Source: Octopus sinensis
Lineage: Eukaryota
Direction: 5' to 3'
NCBI RefSeq assembly: GCF_006345805.1
Contig: NW_021826603.1
Coordinates: 1 to 12,411, forward strand
DNA: 12,411 nt
A program made the position numbers and the translations under genes. Of this stretch, positions 1-9,289 are shown piece after piece (positions within the stretch are counted from its first letter, which is position 1; every line of letters starts with the position of its first letter). Below the pieces are notes generated by a model that was given only the letters and a program-made list of their open reading frames with translations, was not told the origin of the DNA and ran no database searches.

Positions 1-3000
1 TTATGTATAGATTGGCGTAATAAATTGCGTAATATATTATGTAATTTGGAGTGGTCCCTTGATGTGAAGATACGAGGCTACTTGAGATTATGTAATAGAT
101 TGCGTAATAAATTGCGTAATATATTATTCAATTTTTGGGAGGTGCCAAGATGTGAAGATACGAGGGTACTTGAATTATGTAATAGATTGCGTAATATATT
201 ATGCAATTTTGGGAGGTGCCAAGATGTGAAGATACGAGGGTACTTGAGATTATGTAATAGATTGCGTAATATATTATGCAATTTTGGGAGGTGCCAAGAT
301 TTAGTGATACGAGGGTACTTGAGATTATGTAATAGATTGCGTCATATATTGCGTAATATATTTTGTAATTTGTGAAAGTCTCTAGATTTATGTATATGAG
401 GGTACTTGAGATTATGTAATAGATTGCGTAATAAATTGCGTAATATAATATGCAATTTTGGGAGGTGCCAAGATGTGAAGATACGAGGGTACTTGAGATT
501 ATGTAATAGATTGCGTAATATATTATGTAATTTGGAGTGGTCCCTTGATGTGAAGATACGAGGCTACTTGAGATTATGTAATAGATTGCGTAATAAATTG
601 CGTAATATATTATGCAATTTTTGGGAGGTGCCAAGATGTGAAGATACGAGGGTACTTGAATTATGTAATAGATTGCGTAATATATTATGCAATTTTGGGA
701 GGTGCCAAGATGTGAAGATACGAGTACTTGAGATTATTAATAGATTGCGTAATAAATTGCGTAATATATTATGCAATTTGTGGAAGTCTCTAGATTTATG
801 TATATGAGGGTACTTGAGATTATTAATAATAGATTGCGTAATAAATTGCGTAATATATAATGCTAATTTGAGGAGTTCCAAGATTTAGTGATACGAGGGT
901 ACTTGAGATTATGTAATAGATTGCGTCATATATTCCGTAATATATTATGCAATTTGGGGAAGTCTCTAGATTTAAGTATATGAGGGTACTTAAGATTATG
1001 AAATAATACGAATAAATTGCGTAATATAATGCTATTGGGGAGTTCCCTAGATTTAGTGATACGAGGGTGGTTGAGATTATGTAATAAATTAGTAATAAAG
1101 CTGTAATACATAATGCTATTTGGGGAGTTCCCAAGATTAGTGATACGAGGGTACTTGAGATTATGTAATAGATTGCGTCATATATTGCGTATATATTATG
1201 CAATTTGTGGAAGTCTCTAGATTTAAGTATATGAGGGTACTTAAGATTATGAAATAAAATCGAAATAAATTGCGTAATATAATGCTATTTGGGAGTTCCC
1301 TAGATTTAGTGATACGAGGGTGGTTGAGATTATGTAATAAATTATGTAATAAATTGCGTAATACATAATGCTATTTGGGGAGTTCCCAAGATTTAGTGAT
1401 ACGAGGGTACTTGAGATTATGTAATAGATTGCGTCATATTGCGTAATATATTATGCAATTTGTGGAAGTCTCTAGATTTAAGTATATGAGGGTACTTAAG
1501 ATTATGAAATAAATAGCGAAATAAATTGCGTAATATAATGCTATTTGGGGAGTTCCCTAGATTTAGTGATACGAGGGTGGTTGAGATTATGTAATAAATT
1601 ATGTAATAAATTGCGTAATACATAATGCTATTTGGGGAGTTCCCAAGATTTAGTGATACGAGGGTACTTGAGATTATGTAATAGATTGCGTCATATATTG
1701 CGTAATATATTATGCAATTTGTGGAAGTCTCTAGATTTATGTATATGAAGGTACTTGAAATTATGTAATTGATTGCGTAATAAGTTGCGTAGTATATTAT
1801 GCAATTTTGGGAGGTGCCAAGATGTGAAGATATGAGGATACTTGAGATTATATAATAGATTGCGTAATAAATTAGGTAATATATTATGTAATTTGGAGAG
1901 GTCCCTTGATGTGAAGATACGAGGGTACTTGAGATTATGTAATAGATTGCGTAATAAATTGCGTAATATATTATGCAATTTTGAGATTTATGTATATGAG
2001 GGTACTTGAGATTATGTAATAGATTGCGTAATAAATTGCGTAATATAATATGCAATTTTGGGAGGTGCCAAGATGTGAAGATACGAGGGTACTTGAGATT
2101 ATGTAATAGATTGCGTAATAAATTGCGTAATATATTATGTAATTTGGAGTGGTCCCTTGATGTGAAGATACGAGGCTACTTGAGATTATGTAATAGATTG
2201 CGTAATAAATTGCGTAATATATTATTCAATTTTTGGGAGGTGCCAAGATGTGAAGATACGAGGGTACTTGAATTATGTAATAGATTGCGTAATATATTAT
2301 GCAATTTTGGGAGGTGCCAAGATGTGAAGATACGAGGGTACTTGAGATTATGTAATAGATTGCGTAATATATTATGCAATTTTGGAGGTGCCAAGATTAG
2401 TGATACGAGGGTACTTGAGATTATGTAATAGATTGCGTCATATATTGCGTAAATATTTTGTAATTTGTGGAAGTCTCTAGATTTATGTATATGAGGGTAC
2501 TTGAGATTATGTAATAGATTGCGTAATAAATTGCGTAATATAATATGCAATTTTGGGAGGTGCCAAGATGTGAAGATACGAGGGTACTTGAGATTATGTA
2601 ATAGATTGCGTAATAAATTGCGTAATATATTGTAATTTGGAGTGTCCCTGATGTGAAGATACGAGGCTACTTGAGATTATGTAATAGATTGCGTAATAAA
2701 TTGCGTAATATATTATGCAATTTTTGGGAGGTGCCAAGATGTGAAGATACGAGGGTACTTGAATTATGTAATAGATTGCGTAATATATTATGCAATTTTG
2801 GGAGGTGCCAAGATGTGAAGATACGAGGGTACTTGAGATTATGTAATAGATTGCGTAATAAATTGCGTAATATATTATGCAATTTGTGGAAGTCTCTAGA
2901 TTTATGTATATGAGGGTACTTGAGATTATGTAATAGATTGCGTAATAAATTGCGTAATATATTATGTAATTTGGAGTGGTCCCTTGATGTGAAGATACGA

Positions 3001-4038
3001 GGCTACTTGAGATTATGTAATAGATTGCGTAATAAATTGCGTAATATATTATGCAATTTTTGGGAGGTGCCAAGATGTGAAGATACGAGGGTACTTGAAT
3101 TATGTAATAGATTGCGTAATATATTATGCAATTTTGGGAGGTGCCAAGATGTGAAGATACGAGGGTACTTGAGATTATGTAATAGATTGCGTAATAAATT
3201 GCGTAATATATTATGCAATTTGTGGAAGTCTCTAGATTTATGTATATGAGGGTACTTGAGATTATGTAATAGATTGCGTAATAAATTGCGTAATATATAA
3301 TGCTATTTGGGGAGTTCCCAAGATTTAGTGATACGAGGGTACTTGAGATTATGTAAAGATTGCGTCATATATTGCGTAATATAATATGCAATTTGTGGAA
3401 GTCTCTAGATTTATGTATATTAGGGTACTTGAGATTATGAAATAGATTGCGTAATAAATTGCGTAATATATTATGCAATTTTGGGAGGTGCCAAGATGTA
3501 AAGATACGAGGGTACTTGAGATTATGTAATAGATTGCGTAATAAATTGCGTAATATATTATGCAATTTCGGGAGGTGCCAAGATATGAAGATATGAGAAA
3601 ACTTGAGATTATGTATTAGATTGCGTAATAAATTCGTAATATATTATGCAATTTTGGGATGTGCCAAGATGTGAAGATACGAGGGTACTTGAGATTATGT
3701 AATAGATTGCGTCATATATTGCGTAATATATTATGTAATTTGTGAAAGTCTCTAGATTTATGTATATGAGGGTACTTGAGATTTTGTAATAGATTGCGTA
3801 ATAAATTGCGTAATATAATATGCAATTTTGGGAGGTGCCAAGATGTGATGATACGAGGGTACTTGAGATTATGTAATAGATTGCGTAATATATTATGCAA
3901 TTTTGGGATGTGCCAAGATGTGAAGATACGAGGGTACTTGAGATTATGTAATAGATTGCGTAATAAATTAGGTAATATATTATGTAATTTGTGAAAGTCT
4001 CTAGATTTATGTATATGAGGGTACTTGAAATTATGTAA
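1..4038. repeat. AT-rich satellite array, 87-bp monomer with 75-bp variant (left block, runs off the window start)
   Basis: Uninterrupted head-to-tail copies anchored on GAGGGTACTTGAGATTATGTAATAGATTGCGTAAT. The 87-bp period shows as a 29-aa repeat in the ORF track (LCNRLRNKLRNILCNFGRCQDVKIRGYLR). The 75-bp form lacks one AATAAATTGCGT subrepeat. Confidence 0.98.
878..1740. repeat. Three-monomer higher-order repeat (about 257-259 bp), about three copies
   Basis: Monomer variants cycle GAGTTCCCAAGATTTAGTG / GGAAGTCTCTAGATTTAAG / GAGTTCCCTAGATTTAGTGATACGAGGGTGGTTG. Equivalent AGTTCCCAAG anchors lie at 1381 and 1638. Confidence 0.85.
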
Positions 4039-4270
4039 GATTGGAAAGTACAAGAAGCTCTCTGAACGGTATCTGTTCACTCCCATCGCCGTCGAGACTT
4101 CCGGCGTCATCGGCGAAAAGTCTCTTTCCTTTCTAAAAAAGCTTGGCCGCATGATCTCCCATAAACGAGGAGACCCACGCAAGTCCAAGTGGCTTTTCGA
4201 AAGAATTTCCTTGGCCATAGTACGTGGAAACTGTGTTTGCATTTACGATGCCGGGAATTTAGTTAGTTAA
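4037..4270 (+). pseudogene. C-terminal fragment of a CRE-like retrotransposon protein (end of the RLE endonuclease domain)
   Basis: KIGKYKKLSERYLFTPIAVETSGVIGEKSLSFLKKLGRMISHKRGDPRKSKWLFERISLAIVRGNCVCIYDAGNLVS*. No internal stops or frameshifts. The TTG start at 4025 in the ORF track is satellite DNA, and the upstream PD..D catalytic residues and RT are absent. Confidence 0.8.
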
Positions 4271-4316
4271 TAACTATTTGTTAATTACATATAACTTTTA
4301 AAAATAAAAAAAAAAA
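4039..4316 (+). mobile_element. 5'-truncated non-LTR retrotransposon, CRE-clade-like (restriction-like endonuclease type), inserted in the satellite
   Basis: Abrupt switch to non-repetitive, higher-GC sequence. Open frame ends at TAA 4270, then a short AT-rich 3' UTR with AATAAA (4303-4308) and an A11 tail (4306-4316), then the satellite resumes. The translation matches the CRE-type C-terminal pattern K..KY..L...Y.F.P.AVET.G..G.....FL..LG..I....GD.R....L..RIS.AI.RGN (recognised from memory, not searched). Confidence 0.82.
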
Positions 4317-7300
4317 GTTGCGTAATATATTATGCAATTTTGGGAGGTGCCAAGATGTGAAGATATGAGGATACTTGAGATTATATAATAGATTGCGTAA
4401 TAAATTAGGTAATATATTATGTAATTTGGAGAGGTCCCTTGATGTGAAGATACGAGGGTACTTGAGATTATGTAATAGATTGCGTAATAAATTGCGTAAT
4501 ATATTATGCAATTTTGAGATTTATGTATATGAGGGTACTTGAGATTATGTAATAGATTGCGTAATAAATTGCGTAATATAATATGCAATTTTGGGAGGTG
4601 CCAAGATGTGAAGATACGAGGGGTGTAAGAGATTATGTAATAGATTGCGTAATAAATTGCGTAATATATTATGTAATTTGGAGTGGTCCCTTGATGTGAA
4701 GATACGAGGCTACTTGAGATGATGTAATAGATTGCGTAATAAATTGCGTAATATATTATTCAATTTTTGGGAGGTGCCAAGAGTGAAGATACGAGGGTAC
4801 TTGATTATGTAATAGATTGCGTAATATATATGCAATTTTGGGAGGTGCAAGATGTGAAGATACGAGGGTACTGAGATTATGTAATAGATTGCGTAATATA
4901 TTATGCAATTTTGGGAGGTGCCAAGATTTAGTGATACGAGGGTACTTGAGATTATGTAATAGATTGCGTCATATATTGCGTAATATATTTTGTAATTTGT
5001 GAAAGTCTCTAGATTTATGTATATGAGGGTACTTGAGATTATGTAATAGATTGCGTAATAAATTGCGTAATATAATATGCAATTTTGGGAGGTGCCAAGA
5101 TGTGAAGATACGAGGGTACTTGAGATTATGTAATAGATTGCGTAATAAATTGCGTAATATATTATGTAATTTGGAGTGGTCCCTTGATGTGAAGATACGG
5201 GCACTTGAGATTATGTAATAGATTGCGTAATAAATTGCGTAATATATTATGCAATTTGTGGAAGTCTCTAGATTTATGTATATGAGGGTACTTGAGATTA
5301 TGTAATAGATTGCGTAATAAATTGCGTAATATATAATGCTATTTGGGGAGTTCCCAAGATTTAGTGATACGAGGGTACTTGAGATTATGTAAAGATTGCG
5401 TCATATATTGCGTAATATAATATGCAATTTGTGGAGTCTCTAGATTTATGTATATTAGGGTACTTGAGATTATGAAATAGATTGCGTAATAAATTGCGTA
5501 ATATATTATGCAATTTTGGGAGGTGCCAAGATGTAAAGATACGAGGGTACTTGAGATTATGTAATAGATTGCGTAATAAATTGCGTAATATATTATGCAA
5601 TTTCGGGAGGTGCCAAGATATGAAGATATGAGAAAACTTGAGATTATGTAATAGATTGCGTAATAAATTCGTAATATATTATGCAATTTTGGGATGTGCC
5701 AAGATGTGAAGATACGAGGGTACTTGAGATTATGTAATAGATTGCGTCATATATTGCGTAATATATTATGTAATTTGTGAAAGTCTCTAGATTTATGTAT
5801 ATGAGGGTACTTGAGATTATGTAATAGATTGCGTAATAAATTGCGTAATATAATATGCAATTTTGGGAGGTGCCAAGATGTGATGATACGAGGGTACTTG
5901 AGATTATGTAATAGATTGCGTAATAAATTGCGTAATATAATATGCAATTTTGGGAGGTGCCAAGATGTGAAGATACGAGGGTACTTGAGATTATGTAATA
6001 GATTGCGTAATAAATTGCGTAATATATTATGCAATTTCGGGAGGTGCCAAGATATGAAGATATGAGAAAACTTGAGATTATGTAATAGATTGCGTAATAA
6101 ATTAGGTAATATATTATGTAATTTGTGGAAGTCTCTAGATTTAAGTATATGAGGGTACTTGAGATTATTAAATAAATTATGTATTATGCAATTTGTGGAA
6201 GTCTCTAGATTTATGTATATTAGGGTACTTGAGATTATGAAATAGATTGCGTAATAAATTGCGTAATATATTATGCAATTTTGGGAGGTGCCAAGATGTA
6301 AAGATACGAGGGTACTTGAGATTATGTAATAGATTGCGTAATAAATTGCGTAATATATTATGCAATTTCGGGAGGTGCCAAGATATGAAGATATGAGAAA
6401 ACTTGAGATTATGTAATAGATTGCGTAATAAATTAGGTAATATATTATGTAATTTGTGGAAGTCTCTAGATTTAAGTATATGAGGGTACTTGAGATTATT
6501 AAATAAATTATGTAATAAATTGCGTAATATATTATGCAATTTTGGGATGTGCCAAGATGTGAAGATACGAGGGTATTTGAGATTATGTAATAGATTGCGT
6601 AATAAATTGCGTAATATATTATGTAATTTGGAGAAGTCCCTTGATGTGAAGATACGAGGGTACTTGAGATTATGTTACAGATTGCGTAATAAATTGCGTA
6701 ATATATTATGCAATTTTGGGAGGTGCCAAGATGTGAAGATACGAGGGTACTTGAGATTATGTAATAGATTGCGTAATAAATTGCGTAATATATTATGTAA
6801 TTTGAGAGGTCCCTTGATGTGAGATACGAGGGTACTTGAGATTATGTTATAGATTCCGTAATAAATTGCGTATATATTATGCAATTTTGGGAGGTGCCAA
6901 GATGTGAAGATACGAGGGTACTTGAGATTATGTAATAGATTGCGTAATAAATTGCGTAATAAATTGCGTAATATATTATGCAATTTTGGGATGTGCCAAG
7001 ATGTGAAGATACGAGGGTACTTGAGATTATGTAATAGATTGCGTCATATATTGCGTAATATATTATGCAATTTTGGGATGTGCCAAGATGTGAAGATACG
7101 AGGTTGCGTCATATATTGCGTAATATATTATGTAATTTGTGGAAGTCTCTAGATTTATGTATATGAGGGTACTTGAGATTATTAAATAAATTATGTAATA
7201 AATTGCGTAATATATAATGCTATTTGGGGAGTTCCCAAGATTTAGTGATACGAGGGTACTTGAGATTATGTAATAGATTGCGTAATAAATTGCGTAATAT

Positions 7301-7791
7301 ATTATGTAATTTGGAGAGGTCCCTTGATGCGAAGATACGAGGGTACTTGAAATTATGTAATTGATTGCGTAATAAATTCGTAATATATTATGCATTTTGG
7401 GATGTGCCAAGATGTGAAGATCGAGGGTATCTTGAGATTATGTAATAGATTGCGTCATATATTGGCGTATATATTATGCAATTTGGGATGTGCCAAGATG
7501 TGAAGATACGAGGGTACTTGAGATTATGTAATAGATTGCGTAATAAATTGCGTAATATATTGGCATTTTGGGAGGTGCCAAGATGTGAAGATACGAACTT
7601 GAATTATGTCATAAATTGCGTAATAATTGCGTAATATATTATGCAATTTTGGGAGGTGCCAAGATGTGAGATATGAGGATACTTGAGATTATGTAATAGA
7701 TTGCGTCCATATATGGCGAATATTTATGTAATTTGTGGAAGTCTCTAGATTTATGTATATGAGGGTACTTGAGATTATTAAATAAATATGT
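4317..7791. repeat. AT-rich satellite array, same family (middle block)
   Basis: Same monomer and variants as the left block; more indel-rich near 4620-4870 and 7380-7720. Confidence 0.98.
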
Positions 7792-7816
7792 GGTGCTGCA
7801 GTATGTGGTGCTGCAG
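7787..7816. repeat. Perfect 15-bp tandem duplication at the satellite/island junction
   Basis: TATGTGGTGCTGCAG at 7787-7801 and again at 7802-7816. Confidence 0.95.
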
Positions 7817-8305
7817 TTAATTGAAGTTTGAGTTCAATTTTTTTTAATTCGTTAAATCGCTCTTCAAATTGTTTCAAAATATAATCGAATATAGTATTAA
7901 ATGTATTTGGTGTAAGATCGTCATGATTAATTATTTTGTCATCAATGAGATTTTTAACTTTTTGAAAATAAAATAATTCATTTTTTTCTATGTGAATCTT
8001 CAGTATGCGGCATGTATCCATAAAATCGTTAATTTTTTTTATACATTCGACAAATTGTTTGGTCCTTACCTTGCAAAGATATATTCAAATTATTGATATA
8101 TGGATTTGACAACTAGGTGGTCTAAATGTCTTTGAAAATGTTGTTTAGCATTGTCCCGTTTTATAGTTTTCACAATCTCATGGCACAATAAGCATTGCAT
8201 GCTATTGTTGTCTGTTTCGACTACGAAGTATTCACTTTCCCAGTTGATATTAAATTTTCTTTTTTCGTCATTCAAAGCACGTCGTCTTTTAACAGGCAAT
8301 GTCAT
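7817..8305 (-). pseudogene. Internally deleted, 3'-truncated hAT-superfamily transposase (Buster/SPIN/Charlie, GTF2IRD2-like)
   Basis: ORF 8090-8305 has the N-terminal pattern E.R.F...WE..YF.VE......CLLC...V...K..N...HFQRH (BED-like zinc finger, CLLC at 8183-8194). In another frame NNLNISLQGKDQTICRMYKK (LQGK at 8065-8076) continues, after removing one T from the T8 run at 8033-8040, into INDFMDTCRILK...LKQFEERFNELKK. This is the LN..LQG / F..RF..... region of the C-terminal half of these transposases. No TIR found. Confidence 0.8.
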
Positions 8306-8622
8306 AAATAAATTAAGCCGTTTATGATAATTACTTTTAATAAAGGTTAACCGTTATATAAAAATAGATTTTTTTAATATGAATATTTTTATTATTATTT
8401 AGGGTTTTTCTTGATTAATTAACACTATGAGCATTATATTTAAGATTAGTTGCTTGATGACCTAATTGAATTTATGGCTATATAGCGTGCGTCATGTGGT
8501 TCACCGTTTCTGGTGGCGTCAGATACAATCTTAAATTGTATCCAAAAAGACCATTAGTCAAAATCCATCCAGCGGACTTCCCCTGGACAGCACTCCCCCA
8601 AGTTAGTGCACTTTCCTGGTGG

Positions 8623-8664
8623 CGGCTCATCATCTCCGGAGATGTTGAGCAAAATCCTGGACCT
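8623..8664 (+). other. 2A-like ribosomal skipping (StopGo) oligopeptide
   Basis: RLIISG-DVEQNPG|P; GAT GTT GAG CAA AAT CCT GGA CCT at 8641-8664 is an exact match to D(V/I)ExNPGP, in frame with the start of the APE domain. Confidence 0.9.
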
Positions 8665-9260
8665 AGAAAGAACCTCAATATACTGAGCCTGAATATCAAC
8701 GGAGTTAGAGGCAGGCCAAAGAACTAAAACTTTATCGGAGAGGAAAAATATTGACGTCTGTCTTTTGCAAGAAACGAAGCTTTCGAAAACTGGCAAAACC
8801 CCCAATTTCTCTGGCTTCAATGTGCTAAGAATGGATCGCCATCGAGGCACCGCGGAGGCTTATTGACCCTTGTCAGAAAGGAAATCATCTACAAAAATCA
8901 CTCCACATTCAGGAAACTGGATAAAGACTGTAATACAGAATTTCTCGCCATCTCCATTCAAACTTCTCTTGGACAAATTATTATTGGAAACATCTATATC
9001 CCGGCTCCTGTGCCAAAGAATTTACAGTGGATTTGTCTGAACTTGACAAGGTGGAAAACTGCTGGTCTCTGGCGATTTTAATGCCAAACACCCCTCATGG
9101 TATTGGAAGCAACCTTCAGATAAGAGGGGGAACCTAATATTTCTCACCTGGAAAATCTGTGTGTTGTAAACGACCCAAGAATGAACACTCGAACCCCTTA
9201 CAACGAGAAAAATCACTCACTTCACCCGATATTACGATTTGCTCACCACGACTGGCACCT
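8665..9260 (+). pseudogene. Apurinic/apyrimidinic-like endonuclease (APE/EEP) domain, frameshifted
   Basis: NILSLNINGVRG; DVCLLQET (LQET 8765-8776); R.DR..RGGLLTLVRK; IIIGNIYIP; GDFNAKHPSW (9071-9100); SPDITICS (SPDIT 9222-9236). These fall in several frames. The terminal SDH motif is not seen. Confidence 0.9.
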
Positions 9261-9289
9261 CTTTTCATTGGCCTCTTGTTCATCGGCAT

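Noticed and set aside
266-290. Spliced-leader or snRNA gene array (Sm-site-like AATTTTGG followed by a small stem-loop; attractive because CRE elements target SL arrays)
   Set aside because: The motif is short and AT-rich and is missing from many monomer variants. There is no spacer or promoter between units and no convincing leader/5' splice-site boundary. An Infernal SL/snRNA search or capped small-RNA data could overturn this.
3712-4242. 176-aa minus-strand ORF spanning the CRE insert and satellite
   Set aside because: It is the antisense of the RLE coding fragment read through into repeat DNA, with no independent motif.
7817-8305. Domesticated host gene (GTF2IRD2/EPM2AIP1/ZBED-like)
   Set aside because: It is deleted, frameshifted and truncated, so a transposon remnant is more parsimonious; no gene symbol assigned.
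7792-8480. Terminal inverted repeats and 8-bp TSD for the hAT element
   Set aside because: No matching inverted termini found by eye. The 15-bp duplication is direct, not inverted, so element ends cannot be called.
8477-8486. 10-bp palindrome GCTATATAGC near the presumed LINE 5' end
   Set aside because: Too short and AT-rich to distinguish from chance.
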